From the sequence record NZ_CP118102.1: DNA of 64,000 nucleotides; one strand, given 5' to 3'. Shown one piece after another: positions 26,727-37,136 of the stretch. The DNA is from a plasmid. A model generated the notes under the pieces. It had not been told where the DNA came from and made no database searches. It saw only the letters and a program-made list of their open reading frames with translations. The translations under genes and the position numbers were made by a program. How positions within the stretch are numbered: position 1 is the stretch's first letter; each line of letters opens with the position of its first letter.

Positions 26727-27674
26727 CTAAACTTGCTTTTTTTCTTTTGATGTTATGATGGAAGGGATCGAAGGTTTTATTTTATGCATTGCTCTTTCCT
26801 TCACCTCATCCATAACGTGAGTATATATTTGAGTTGTAGAAATGGACTCATGACCAAGAAGATCCTGTACTGCACGAAGATCAGCCCCATTCCGTAAAAG
26901 ATCCGTCGCGAATGAATGTCTAAATTTATGGGCAGATAATGACATTCCGGAAAACTGAGGATATTCTGCTATAAGTGCATCAAAAGTTTTTTCTGCGATA
27001 GTCTGCACCATTCGCTTGCTAATACGCCTGCGAAATTGAGAAACAAAGAAAGCAGGCTCCTTGCTATTCCAGGGAGTTATTCGTTCCGTCAAGTATAACT
27101 CTAACAGTTGATTTAACTCAGCTGGAAGAGGGATATATCTCCATTTCCCCCCTTTACCTAAGACACCAATATTTGAGTTATCTTTATCATAATTAACTAT
27201 ATCTAATCTAACTATCTCGCTTACACGAAGTCCAGCGTACGCCATTAAAGCGACGATCGTAATATCCCTTAATTGATGTCTTCCTTTAATGAGCTCCAGG
27301 GAGGCATCTAAAAACTGTTTTTGGAGGTAGGTAGGTTGCCTTTTCTTTTCAACTTTTGCTTTTTCAATGTCCAATGTAGGATTATGATCTATTACTCGGA
27401 ATCTAACCATCACTTTATAAAATAATCGAATTGCTGACTGACACCGATTTCGGTAGCGTGCTCCTGCACCATTTTCTCTAACCTGGGTGAGATAGGTCAT
27501 AATTTCAATATCCGTAACATCATTGATGGGTTTATCATCTAAACTTAGGAGAAAATGCTTTAAATCATGAAGATAAGCATTTTGGGTATCTTTCGAATAT
27601 TCACGATCCTTCATATAGGAAACAAACAGCCTTACTTCTCGATCGTAACGCTCGAATATTTCTATATAACCCAT
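26727..27674 (-). CDS. Tyrosine site-specific recombinase (XerC/XerD-like phage integrase family)
   Basis: 315 aa. Catalytic region [40 protein letters not shown] (R..HxxR..Y). The interval between the GKGGK box and HxxRH is too short for an integron IntI-specific insertion. Confidence 0.85.
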   Translation of the reverse strand: MGYIEIFERYDREVRLFVSYMKDREYSKDTQNAYLHDLKHFLLSLDDKPINDVTDIEIMTYLTQVRENGAGARYRNRCQSAIRLFYKVMVRFRVIDHNPTLDIEKAKVEKKRQPTYLQKQFLDASLELIKGRHQLRDITIVALMAYAGLRVSEIVRLDIVNYDKDNSNIGVLGKGGKWRYIPLPAELNQLLELYLTERITPWNSKEPAFFVSQFRRRISKRMVQTIAEKTFDALIAEYPQFSGMSLSAHKFRHSFATDLLRNGADLRAVQDLLGHESISTTQIYTHVMDEVKERAMHKIKPSIPSIITSKEKKQV

Positions 27675-27891
27675 TAACTCACATCCTAAAATTCGTTTTA
27701 AATCAAAATTGCATTAAATGCTTATTTAATGCAATTTTATTATAGCAAAAGTGCAGTCATTTACAAAGAAACAGAATAGCAGGAGCTATGGTGCTCTTAA
27801 TAATATTAAAGGCGAAATATGTTTATTCATCCAAAATAGAGACTTGCCGATATATATTAGAAACACGCTATAAAAAGGAGGTATTGGTATT

Positions 27892-28089
27892 ATGTCAATT
27901 CGTTTCATGAAGCCATTAAAATCTGATATTCAACTGCATACAGCAAAATTGGACCAGGAGCCAATATTAGTCTTTAATTCATATGAGCTTGTCGGTAGCG
28001 GCAGTATTGAAGAAATCACAGAGTATTCGGTCAAAGTTCGTGGAAATCGCTATTTTAAGGGAGTGCATACGTTCAAGTATGCTCAATAA
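27892..28089 (+). CDS. Hypothetical small protein (65 aa)
   Basis: RBS AAAAGGAGG before ATG. Confidence 0.4.
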   Translation: MSIRFMKPLKSDIQLHTAKLDQEPILVFNSYELVGSGSIEEITEYSVKVRGNRYFKGVHTFKYAQ

Positions 28090-28241
28090 CAGTTGAAATT
28101 TGAGTAAGTTTAGCGAAAAATCTTATTTTTTCAAACATTAAAAGAAGTAGTTCAAAATAATTAACATTTAAAAAGGATTTTATAGGTAAATAGTCGAATG
28201 GATATATGAGATAAAATAACTACACGAGAGAGGTTAGGAAC

Positions 28242-28970
28242 ATGAAGGATAAGCTTAAAGGCATGGTTTTAGGAGTTTTAATTAGTTCATTAGTATTGGG
28301 TGGTACTGTGACATATGCTGCTACTAATACAAAGTTGAGTGTTGTTTTAGAAAATATAAAGTATATGTTTGACGGTGTCCATAAACAAACGACTCAGTCC
28401 ATCATTTATAATGGGACATTGTATGTTCCAGCTAAGAAAGTAGCTCAAGGATTTGGAGAATCTTTTACATATGATGGAAAGAACAAGACAGCTTGGTACG
28501 GACAAAAGAACGGAACATTTAAATATCTAGATGAAATTAGTTATGCTAGAGTGGACGGGAAAAATCCAACTGGATCGATTAACTTTAAAAATTGGACGAA
28601 TCCTGCTAACTTAAAATTTACAATCGCTGACCAACAATATCTTCATGGTATAGGATCAGTACTTGATCAAAATTATAGTAGTGGCGATTACCAAAACTCA
28701 ATTGATTACAATTTAAATGGTAAATATAAAAAATTAACTGGCTTTATTGGAGTTGATGATTACACAAAAAATTCGGTTAATACAGGTACAATCACCATTA
28801 TAGGTGATGGACAAGAATTGTTTAGACAAGAAAATCTAAAGGGTGGAGATATGCCATCTAAAATTAACGTAGACGTAAGTGGTGTATTAAAGCTTCAAAT
28901 TAAATTTGAAAGTTCAGTTGATGAAGGTAAGCATATTGATTTAGTTATTGGAGATGCTAAATTGTATTGA
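28242..28970 (+). CDS. Secreted protein with copper-amine-oxidase-N-terminal-like domain and C-terminal beta-rich (NPCBM-like) domain
   Basis: Signal peptide MKDKLKGMVLGVLISSLVLGGTVTYAA. IYNGTLYVPAKKVAQGFGESFTYDGKNKTAWY matches the Cu_amine_oxidN1 pattern. Confidence 0.5.
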   Translation: MKDKLKGMVLGVLISSLVLGGTVTYAATNTKLSVVLENIKYMFDGVHKQTTQSIIYNGTLYVPAKKVAQGFGESFTYDGKNKTAWYGQKNGTFKYLDEISYARVDGKNPTGSINFKNWTNPANLKFTIADQQYLHGIGSVLDQNYSSGDYQNSIDYNLNGKYKKLTGFIGVDDYTKNSVNTGTITIIGDGQELFRQENLKGGDMPSKINVDVSGVLKLQIKFESSVDEGKHIDLVIGDAKLY

Positions 28971-29230
28971 TAGATGGCTGTAGGTAGAGTTTCATGAAAA
29001 TTAAGGTTAAATAGAAAGATTCTTTAATGAAAAAGCGGCAGTCGCTGAGACTGCCGTTATTTAATTTTTGATATGAACTTTGTAAAAGTAAATTTCTTAT
29101 AGCGGAATCATAGAAAGCGAAAAATAGCTGTATAGGGATGCTACATTTGGATGGGGATCCAAACTGATGCAAACGGCCATATTTAAATCACATTGGGTTA
29201 AGCTGATGGGAAACGTTAGTCGAAAATAAA

Positions 29231-29294
29231 TTGGAGCAATTTGCCGATTGGCAGCTGCTCCTTGCTCATTAAGCTAAGCTAGTTACGGGCAGGC
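29231..29294. repeat. Composite palindromic repeat family, copy (hairpin B plus half-site A, interrupted variant)
   Basis: ggagcaatttgccgattggcagctgctcc ... cattaagctaa gctagtta cgggcagg. Confidence 0.6.
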
Positions 29295-29324
29295 TAATAA
29301 AATAAAAAACCTCTTATGAGGTCT

Positions 29325-29567
29325 TTATTCCTTAATGTTGCTCTTATAATGTTGGTATCGACTAATTCCTAAAAATACTGAAGCAATAATAAACATCCAA
29401 GATTGAAACATATCTTGCCTTCTGATTATGTCTTGAATTAATGAAGAAGCGGCAAGAAGTATTAGAGTTAATATAACTACATCGGCAAACAAAGGTATTC
29501 TTTTGAAGTACCACCTTAGAACTAGCCAACTTAAAGCTCCTAGGCCTAACAACCAATAAAGAAACAT
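29325..29567 (-). CDS. Small two-TM membrane protein (80 aa), paralog A
   Basis: RBS GAGGTG before ATG. Terminator hairpin on the minus strand at 29306-29330. Confidence 0.55.
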   Translation of the reverse strand: MFLYWLLGLGALSWLVLRWYFKRIPLFADVVILTLILLAASSLIQDIIRRQDMFQSWMFIIASVFLGISRYQHYKSNIKE

Positions 29568-29650
29568 TGTTGCACCTCACAAAAATTAGATGTATTTTAA
29601 GGAAAACAAATAGCACCTTGTTGTTAGAAGGTCTGGCTTTGTAGATTGAT

Positions 29651-29911
29651 TTAAGATTGAACAATGATTTTCTTTATTTCCTTATAACGACGGAATGCAA
29701 GTATAAGTGAAGTGATAATAGTCATGAGAGCAACAAAAGGGTCTGATTGGTATTTAAATAAAACCTCAAAGAGATATCCAACTCCAAGTAAAAATAGGGT
29801 TAGGATCATGGTATCCGTAAATGTTGGTTTTATATTCAAAAATTTTTTGAATGACCAATTTAGAATTAAGGAACTGATAACCCCTAAGCCAATAACCCAA
29901 TATACGAACAT
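29651..29911 (-). CDS. Small two-TM membrane protein (86 aa), paralog B
   Basis: Start at MFVYWVIGLGV... with RBS GGAGGTG. Alignable with paralog A (MFLYWLLGLGA...). The longer ORF-track start at 30025 is unlikely. Confidence 0.55.
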   Translation of the reverse strand: MFVYWVIGLGVISSLILNWSFKKFLNIKPTFTDTMILTLFLLGVGYLFEVLFKYQSDPFVALMTIITSLILAFRRYKEIKKIIVQS

Positions 29912-30074
29912 GTCACACCTCCAGATTAAACTTAACACAATATACAGTATATGTAAATTACATCGAAAGACGATTTTTGTCGAGGGACAATAACTTGTAC
30001 CGATTACCGGAATGGACATGAGCATGGGCCTATTACCGATTAGATAAATATCTAACTGAAATTCACAGCTATTT

Positions 30075-30093
30075 CATTAAGCTAACGGGCAGG
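30075..30093. repeat. Half-site A copy (cattaagctaacgggcagg) at the end of a roughly 100-bp repeat shared with 32040-32140
   Basis: The 29990-30100 segment is alignable with 32040-32140 (cttgtaccgatt.ccg.aatggaca...attaccgattagataaatatctaactgaa...cattaagctaacggg). Confidence 0.7.
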
Positions 30094-30331
30094 TTAACGT
30101 CCGCCTACTCCACCAACTTTCTAATTAACTAACGCGCAGTCGCGAAAAAAAGAACCATTTGAATTTAATTGCAGCAGCAAAGCACAGAATAATTCATCCT
30201 TAATAAAAGACAATTTTCTTGTTTTAGTCAGAAGGGGGGGGTCTCAACTAACGCGTGAAGAATAATTGGAATGACTTTTGAAAGGAGATTCGAATTGAAA
30301 ATTTGTAAAAGAGGCTGCAATTGTTGCTGTA

Positions 30332-30523
30332 GTGATCTTTATCTTTAATTTAATTTTGGAACTACTATTTGATATGAGCGATTTCTTTGAGAGTTTTGAA
30401 AAGGGATTTGTACTGGGAGTAGGGTATTACTTAATACTTCTTATATCAGTATTTTTAATAGTATTGATAATAATGGCTATATCTAGGATTATCTCTAAAC
30501 TAAGGAGAACTAATAAAAAATGA
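30332..30523 (+). CDS. Small hydrophobic protein (63 aa)
   Basis: Single TM-like segment. Flanked by repeat copies. Confidence 0.35.
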   Translation: MIFIFNLILELLFDMSDFFESFEKGFVLGVGYYLILLISVFLIVLIIMAISRIISKLRRTNKK

Positions 30524-30602
30524 GTTATACGTATGCAGGCTAAATGATTAGATTTAAAACAAAAAGACAGGTAGAAATTCTCGTATTAATTTTAGATCGT
30601 AT

Positions 30603-30621
30603 CATTAAGCTAACGGGTAGG
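30603..30621. repeat. Half-site A copy (cattaagctaacgggtagg)
   Basis: Direct sequence match. Confidence 0.6.
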
Positions 30622-30887
30622 TTAGGTTAACATAACAAAGATGTAAAAATGCCCATAAATTCTACTACTTAAAAACGCGCTGATAAGCAATTTTCACGGG
30701 CTGTATTGATCTCGTCAGTGCCAGTACAGGGGAGTTGAGAAAAAGGTACGGGTTGATTTATGTGGATAAGGAGATGAAGGGAACGGAACATTGAAACGCA
30801 GCCGTAAGGACTCCTTTTACTGGTAAAAAAATGCATTGAATCAAACGGCCAGGAATTAAATTAGTATATATTTTAGACTCATTGAGT

Positions 30888-30931
30888 TTGTTAAAGGAAA
30901 AGACTGAGTCCATACGGAAACATGGACTCAG
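30888..30931. terminator. Perfect 15-bp stem hairpin, possibly a bidirectional terminator
   Basis: aaagactgagtccat acggaaac atggactcagtcttt plus tgc. Confidence 0.5.
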
Positions 30932-31269
30932 TCTTTTGCAATACCTTGCTTATTTTAAATAGTCAAGCATAAAGGGAATTTGACTTCTCTTCGGACCACC
31001 CCTTTATTTTCTTTGCCGTAAACGGAGCGCTAACCGGTCGATTAGAGTAATAGTTCCGCAATTGTTCAACGTACATTTCAATTCATTACTATCAATTGAA
31101 GTTGGATACTCATCTTCAAACATTACCAAGGATTGTGGCAGACGTGTACTGGGCACCGTTGGTTGCGATCGGATCATAAATTGTCGGGAGACAAGAACAT
31201 ATTCCCATTGAAGTCGCTAATTTAGCGGCTTTTTTGTTATGGCTTTAGCCAGTTGAGTGCGTGAAACGC

Positions 31270-32050
31270 GCGAAACAAAAAACCACCCGCTATGCGGGTG
31301 GAGGAATCAAAGGTTTGACCACCAAGACCATTCCGATAGAATTGAGATGTTCAGGCTCAAAGAAAGGAATGGTCTTAGATGGCAAACAAGAGCTACAGCC
31401 TAGCTCACACAAAGTGGATGTGCAAATACCACATTGTATTCACCCCGAAGTATAGACGGAAAGAGATCTATAATCAAGTAAGAAAAGATCTAATTGAAAT
31501 ATTCAAACGTTTATGTAAGTACAAAGGAGTAGAAATCATAGAAGGCCACATGATGCCAGATCACGTGCACATGTTGGTAGCAATCCCACCGAAAATTGCA
31601 GTCTCATCGTTCATGGGATATCTAAAAGGTAAAAGTTCTCTAATGATCTTTGAGAAACATGCCCAACTAAAATACAAATACGGAAATCGTAAATTCTGGG
31701 CAGAAGGATATTATGTAAGTACAGTGGGCTTAAATGAAGCGACGGTAAGAAAGTACATTCGTGAACAAGAAGCACATGACCAAGCAGTAGATAAACTGAG
31801 CGTAAAAGAATACGAAGATCCGTTCATCAGTAACAGGACCAAAAAGAAATAAACCAGTTTAACTGGTAAGTGAAAGTGACAAAAACACTGAGCCTGAACA
31901 GACTTGCTGTCAGGCTAGCGTCTTTAGGCGCAGTTTGGCAACAGGGGGTTATACCCCAAGAGCAAACCACCCGTTGGACGGGTGGTCCTGATTTTGATTT
32001 TATCGGTACAAGTTCTTGTCCCAAGCCAAGGACAAGAACTTGTACCGATT
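31270..32050 (+). mobile_element. IS200/IS605-family insertion sequence (tnpA only)
   Basis: Left-end hairpin ccacccgctatgcgggtgg (31283-31301), right-end hairpin ccacccgttggacgggtgg (31966-31984) and a 44-bp perfect palindrome at 32004-32047. Confidence 0.7.
31379..31852 (+). CDS. tnpA: IS200/IS605-family transposase TnpA (Y1 HUH)
   Basis: 157 aa. HUH motif region MPDHVHMLVAIPPKIAVSSFMGYLKGKSS and catalytic Tyr region YYVSTVG. Confidence 0.9.
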   Translation: MANKSYSLAHTKWMCKYHIVFTPKYRRKEIYNQVRKDLIEIFKRLCKYKGVEIIEGHMMPDHVHMLVAIPPKIAVSSFMGYLKGKSSLMIFEKHAQLKYKYGNRKFWAEGYYVSTVGLNEATVRKYIREQEAHDQAVDKLSVKEYEDPFISNRTKKK

Positions 32051-32119
32051 GCCGAAATGGACAAGAACATAGTCCGATTACCGATTAGATAAATATCTAA
32101 CTGAAGTTTACAGCTAGTT

Positions 32120-32137
32120 CATTAAGCTAACGGGCAT
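32120..32137. repeat. Half-site A copy (cattaagctaacgggcat)
   Basis: Direct sequence match. Confidence 0.6.
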
Positions 32138-32232
32138 ATTAGTTATAATTGTTTTCTACAGGCAATAGCGTGTTTTTATGGGTTATCATTGCTCATAGAA
32201 GATTAACCACAAATCTATAAAGGAGCCAAAAC

Positions 32233-32560
32233 ATGAGCAACGATACTCATTCATTATCTGAAGAAGATACTTTTACAATTGAGTGTAATGATATCATTCT
32301 AAGGGAATTTATTTGTGTGTACTGATTTAGATGAGTTTCATTCCTTGACATGGCAACCCGAAATACATGAATATTTGCCGGGTTGGAACGTAACTAAAGA
32401 GCAACGAAAAAATTGGCTTATTAATTATGAAATCCTTGAAAACAAACAGTTTTTAATTGCCGTATCACAAGGTGGTGTCATTGGTGAGCTTCGACTTCGG
32501 ATGGGAATCGAACTAAGGGAGTCAGGGGAGTTAATCGGTTGGTGCTGTACTGGAATCGAT
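32233..32560 (+). pseudogene. GNAT-family N-acetyltransferase (RimL-like), frameshifted near 32310 and 3'-truncated by an IS fragment
   Basis: MSNDTHSLSEEDTFTIECNDIILREFICVY then stop; it continues in another frame: CTDLDEFHSLTWQPEIHEYLPGW... Confidence 0.5.
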
Positions 32561-32748
32561 GCTTGGACAACCAACCGATTGAACGATTCTGGGGTACCTT
32601 TAAAGCAGAAAGCTATTATCTGGAGAAGTATGACACATACGATGATCTTCTAAAAAGTGTGAAAATCTACATGCGCTACTACAATAACAATCGGTATACC
32701 GAACGGCTCAACGGTTTATCTCCTAACGAATTTCGCCGAGCAGCTTAA
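32539..32748 (+). mobile_element. C-terminal fragment of an IS3-family transposase (integrase-core tail)
   Basis: ...IERFWGTFKAESYYLEKYDTYDDLLKSVKIYMRYYNNNRYTERLNGLSPNEFR is typical of the IS3 OrfB C-terminus. Confidence 0.6.
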
Positions 32749-32927
32749 CTAAGGGAAAATAATCACCTCACTTTATAGCCGAGGTATTGAAGAGTGATAA
32801 TCTTTTGTTTTTTAGACTGTCTACTTGACAGGGAGCACTTCACTTTTAGCCAGGCGCTTCTTTTTTCTTTCGCAAAGGGGCAACTGGCGGCCTTGACCGA
32901 CTGCCAATCGCCGCGCCGTGTAAAGTT

Positions 32928-33359
32928 TTACTCAAGTTGATTTTTCTCCTCGACACCTAGCGGTTCAAAAGCTTCTCTAAGCTTATGTGCCATTGTAGTG
33001 TTCCCATCGTAATAATAGACGAGTATTCTGCCCATACCATAAGATCCGTTTGGGGGGGCAGCAGAGGCTGTTGGAAATGGGTCGCGTTGTACTTCTCTCC
33101 TTTGTGCAACGTCTGCGAAAAGGTATATCGTTAAGTTCCCTTGTTCGAGTTGATATAAGTGAATCTCAGCGCCTTCTCTTTGAGAATCATATACATTTTG
33201 GCTTTCAATCCTTTCAACGTATTGAATACCAGCTTCATTAAGAACAGTCAACACGCCGTTTAAAGTCACTCCCGCAAACTGTTCCTGCGTACCTGATTTA
33301 CTGCCACAAGCACATAAAATAAAAACTATAACAATGAAGATAAATAAAGTCTTGTTCAT
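32928..33359 (-). CDS. Lipoprotein, hypothetical
   Basis: Signal peptide with lipobox FILCACGS. Confidence 0.55.
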   Translation of the reverse strand: MNKTLFIFIVIVFILCACGSKSGTQEQFAGVTLNGVLTVLNEAGIQYVERIESQNVYDSQREGAEIHLYQLEQGNLTIYLFADVAQRREVQRDPFPTASAAPPNGSYGMGRILVYYYDGNTTMAHKLREAFEPLGVEEKNQLE

Positions 33360-33779
33360 ACCCCTTCGCCTCCTTTTTAGTTAAGACGTAGAAAAAGTGT
33401 TAATGTTGCATTGCCCCATTAACTTGATATCTATTTCCCTTTTATAAACTATAATTTTTTTTTGCAGCTTTTTTGTAGTTAGAAATGCTACCTCTTTGTG
33501 TTTTAGCGTGTTCTACAAGTAAGTTCATTTTCTCGAATCCGGGGAGTCGTTTCCGCGCTCATTAAACAACGAAAAGCTGTATTGGCTTCGCTAACATCGG
33601 CGTTAGGCGGGAAACTGCGGTTTGATTAGGCCCAAGCAGTAACAGAAAAACGAATTATTAAATATAATTTTCTACAAATTACAACATGTTTTGGTATATA
33701 TTTGGTATTTTTGATCTATATAGTATTTTTATGAATGACAATATAATTTAGAAGAAATATTATGAATTGGAGGTACGAT

Positions 33780-34382
33780 ATGAAAAAGTATTTATTGGTA
33801 CTAAGTGCATTTCTTTGTTTGCTTTTGGTTAGTCAAGAAGTGGGTGCTTATGATTTCTACGGGAGCGGTTACAAGAACACCAACGCAACAACCGGAAGAC
33901 ATGCCAACCCAGCGTTGAACGGAGTTGTATACAACGGAACTACATACAACTTCAACACACATTATGTGAACGCTAGAAATCGATGGAATAATGCTACGGA
34001 TGTAAACGTATCTTCTGGGACGACTGGTACTATTGCAATCAGGTCATTCCACGGCGATTACGGGAATAATGACCTATTCGGATGGGCAAGAATGTACAAG
34101 AGTGACGGGACGACGGTACAATCGTGTGCAACATGCGAACCTACAGCTAACTGGGCCTATTCGGATGTTTATTTAAATCAATTTCATATCCACAATGATG
34201 GCGAAGGCGGCGATCCATGGTCACCTATGTATATCGATGGTCTAGCTACACATGAGTTTGGGCATGCATATGGCTTAGCACATGAGGATGACGTCGAGTC
34301 GGTAATGCATTCCGGAAATCTGTATGAAGGGTATTTAACGCCAAGGCCGGATGATATTAGCGGAATGAACGCTTTACATTAA
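33780..34382 (+). CDS. Secreted zinc metalloprotease, metzincin (matrixin/snapalysin-like)
   Basis: Signal peptide MKKYLLVLSAFLCLLLVSQEVGA. HEFGHAYGLAHEDD matches HExxHxxGxxH. RBS GGAGG. Confidence 0.8.
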   Translation: MKKYLLVLSAFLCLLLVSQEVGAYDFYGSGYKNTNATTGRHANPALNGVVYNGTTYNFNTHYVNARNRWNNATDVNVSSGTTGTIAIRSFHGDYGNNDLFGWARMYKSDGTTVQSCATCEPTANWAYSDVYLNQFHIHNDGEGGDPWSPMYIDGLATHEFGHAYGLAHEDDVESVMHSGNLYEGYLTPRPDDISGMNALH

Positions 34383-34398
34383 ATTTTGGAGGTGCAAA

Positions 34399-35022
34399 AT
34401 GAAGAAGACTATTATTATATTACTGTCATGTATAGCTATGGCGGCATGTTCGAATGTAGAAAAGCCATTAAATACTGCAACTGCTACTAATACTGCAACA
34501 TCAAATATTGCGACCACGCAAATTGTAGACCAAACAGCTGGCTCAACTGCAACAATTCGGCTATATGAATCTCTAGAAGAACTGACTAATAGTTCAGATG
34601 TAGTTGCAGAGATTATACCTGGAGATTCCAAGAAACTAATAGAATACGAAAATGCTAAGTTCACACTAATTGACGCAAAAATTAAAGATGTTTTCGTTGG
34701 AGATAATTCGCTAAAAAATTCAACAATAAAGGTGCTTGAATTGGGAGACTACCAAGTTGGTGATACGCAACTTGTAAAGAGCAAGGAACGTTATTTAATC
34801 TTCTTGAGGAAGTATCAGGGGTCCGTTACCTCTGAAGAAGCTTATGTACCGGTAGGGGTCTATCAAGGGAAGTTAAAAATTAAAGATGATCAAACATTAG
34901 TTTTTGAAGGGGGAGGGGATATTCACGCAAAACAGAAAAAGATTTCCTTCCAACAGGAATTAGCATCCGTTGAATTAACTGAAGCAGTGGAGAAAATTAA
35001 AGCTAGTAAATCTAAAGAATAA
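34399..35022 (+). CDS. Lipoprotein, hypothetical (co-transcribed with the metzincin)
   Basis: Lipobox LSCIAMAACS. 17-bp gap after the metzincin gene. Confidence 0.6.
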   Translation: MKKTIIILLSCIAMAACSNVEKPLNTATATNTATSNIATTQIVDQTAGSTATIRLYESLEELTNSSDVVAEIIPGDSKKLIEYENAKFTLIDAKIKDVFVGDNSLKNSTIKVLELGDYQVGDTQLVKSKERYLIFLRKYQGSVTSEEAYVPVGVYQGKLKIKDDQTLVFEGGGDIHAKQKKISFQQELASVELTEAVEKIKASKSKE

Positions 35023-35024
35023 AG

Positions 35025-35413
35025 CTCAGGCCAGTCCGGAATTGAAAGAGAAGCTCGAGAGGCTGGCGGCGGAAAGCGGCCTAGAGACGCAAGAGGTGTT
35101 CATCGAGCAACTGGCAGCGATCTACGAGCTGCAACAGCTCAAATAAGGCAATGGCAGCGGCTACGCGAAGCAGATCGAGGAACTGGAGCATCATTCGCGC
35201 CGGAACGTGGAGCTTTTCATCGGTCTGATCAACACGGAGGCGGCTGCGCGTCTCCAGCAGACGCAAGCGCATGATGACGTTCTCGCGGAACGGGCGCTGA
35301 CGATCATCGCGCAGGAGCAAGAGCTGGCGGAGCAGCTGGAGGCCAACAAGCTTCTGCGTCTTATTACGTATGCCCAATTGTTCCATGACTTCTTTTACCG
35401 GTATACCGGCTAA
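35025..35413 (+). pseudogene. GC-rich (about 58%) foreign fragment carrying a decayed ORF (one internal stop)
   Basis: Single frame reads ...KEKLERLAAESGLETQEVFIEQLAAIYELQQLK*GNGSGYAKQIEELEHHSRRNVELFIGLINTEAAARLQQTQAHDDVLAERALTIIAQEQELAEQLEAN... Composition is out of place in the low-GC island. Confidence 0.3.
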
Positions 35414-36343
35414 CCTCATCTCAATAGCTTTCATTTTGACTTCAACAGGATAACTAACTCTAGTTGCCAACGAAAAACACCTCCAAGATTGTCTCCATAT
35501 CTTACGACATGGTTGCATTTTCTTGAAGGTGTTTTAATTTGTCTCACGTTATGGGGTCAGTAAAAAATATGAAGGAAGTCGGTTGTCATAATATATATTA
35601 CGTAAACTATTTATTATACATTTAGTCAAAACTCGTATTTTGATCATATGTCTGGGACAAAAGAAAGAGCCATCCATACGGATGGCTCTCTTCTTCATAT
35701 AGCGTTTCTTCTATTATATGTAAATTCTCTCCAATAGTCAATTTCACTTAACCCTTTTGATAAATTTATTCTCGAAAGAAACAAATAACAATTCTTCTTT
35801 TTCTTGGTCATTCTTTTCTCTAATTGAACCTAAAGTTTTACGCAAACCGATTTTCCAAATCAGACAAATAATTAAGGTCTTTCATTGTCACACCTCAATT
35901 CCGACTAAAACCACTCGAATTTAAAACACCGCCCTCTTTGTAGGCGGCGATCTAATTCAGTAATTTCTCATGGTGTATTATTATGATACCCTTATCACAG
36001 TCATTAAATACATAGTATGGAATATAATTTGTCAAACGTTGGACTATTTTGTAGCTCTATAGAGAATATCTAATGGTTTGCGAGCTGCATCCACTGCTGT
36101 TGTTCTCCTTTAGTCAGCTTTTCCTCAAGTATTACCCCATTTTCATCAGTGCTCTTCAGCTTTAGTTGCATCAGCTGCTTGCTTAGTTCAATATATTCCT
36201 TTAATTCGTCTTCAATCAAAATATCTCCTTATTAAAACCCCTAGTATTTTATCGGTTGTCGTAAATTCTTTAGGAAGACATAAGATGATATTTGAGTTTA
36301 TTTAGTTCTGTTACATAATCCCGAAGTTAGTTTGAATTAAAAT

Positions 36344-36407
36344 GGAGCAGCTACCAACCGGCAACTGCTCCATTCTGTTTTAAACTTACGTTTCCCGTTA
36401 GCTTAAT
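36344..36407. repeat. Composite repeat copy: hairpin B plus T-run plus A' (tttcccgttagcttaat)
   Basis: ggagcagctaccaaccggcaactgctcc attctgtttt ... tttcccgttagcttaat. Confidence 0.7.
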
Positions 36408-36428
36408 CAATATCTGTAAAGTCCTTTA

Positions 36429-36974
36429 TCATTCTGTAATGTGCTTGAGCACCTTGGCCGGATTACCCGCGACTATCGTGTTTGCTGGCACATCTTTCGT
36501 TACAATTGAACCAGCTGCCACAATGGAATTATCACCTATTGAAACACCTGGAAGAATTGCACAGTGCCCTCCAATCCAAACATTATTTCCAATCGTTACA
36601 GGAATACCGTAACCAGATTTATTTCGGTCCTTTGGATTAACATTATGACCAGCCGTGTAAATGCCGACATTAGGTGCTATCATGCAATCATCACCGATAC
36701 GAACCTCTGCCATATCCAATATGGTGCAATTGTACCCTGCATAGAAGTAACGGCCAACATGAATGTTATAACCCAAATCACAGTGAAAATTATGATCGAT
36801 ACTAAAACCTTCACATACGCTGCCAAATAGTTCTCTAATCAATCGTTCTTTCTCTTGCTCATCTTCCGGATCGCAGTCATTATAAGCCTTCACAAGCTTT
36901 TGGGCTCTTATGCTTTTTTCTCGAAGTTCCACCGTTCCTCGTTCGTAATAGACCTTTTCTTTATTTTCTTTCAT
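36429..36974 (-). CDS. Maltose/galactoside O-acetyltransferase (left-handed beta-helix, hexapeptide repeat)
   Basis: 181 aa. Hexapeptide repeats IGDDCMIAPNVGIY...IGNNVWIGGHCAILPGVSIGDNSIVAAGSIV. Confidence 0.8.
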   Translation of the reverse strand: MKENKEKVYYERGTVELREKSIRAQKLVKAYNDCDPEDEQEKERLIRELFGSVCEGFSIDHNFHCDLGYNIHVGRYFYAGYNCTILDMAEVRIGDDCMIAPNVGIYTAGHNVNPKDRNKSGYGIPVTIGNNVWIGGHCAILPGVSIGDNSIVAAGSIVTKDVPANTIVAGNPAKVLKHITE

Positions 36975-37037
36975 TGTTTTCCTCCAGGCAAAAACGGTTT
37001 TACTTATTATATACTAGCCAGCATCTACGTTGAAACT

Positions 37038-37095
37038 ACCTGCCCGTTAGCTTAACGAAAAAGGAGCAACTGCCAACCGGCCAACTGCTCCATTG
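37038..37095. repeat. Composite repeat copy: A (cctgcccgttagcttaa), cgaaaaa, hairpin B, ttttttgg (bidirectional terminator-like)
   Basis: cctgcccgttagcttaacgaaaaaggagcaactgccaaccggccaactgctccattgcttttttgg. Confidence 0.75.
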
Positions 37096-37136
37096 CTTTT
37101 TTGGTCTTCAATTTACCCGTCACCTTAAACACTGAA

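Noticed and set aside
35081-35518. 145-aa minus-strand ORF as a real gene
   Set aside because: Most of it runs antisense through the GC-rich fragment and has leucine/arginine-rich junk composition. Only its first about 27 codons resemble an IS3-type HTH, so it was not called as a CDS.
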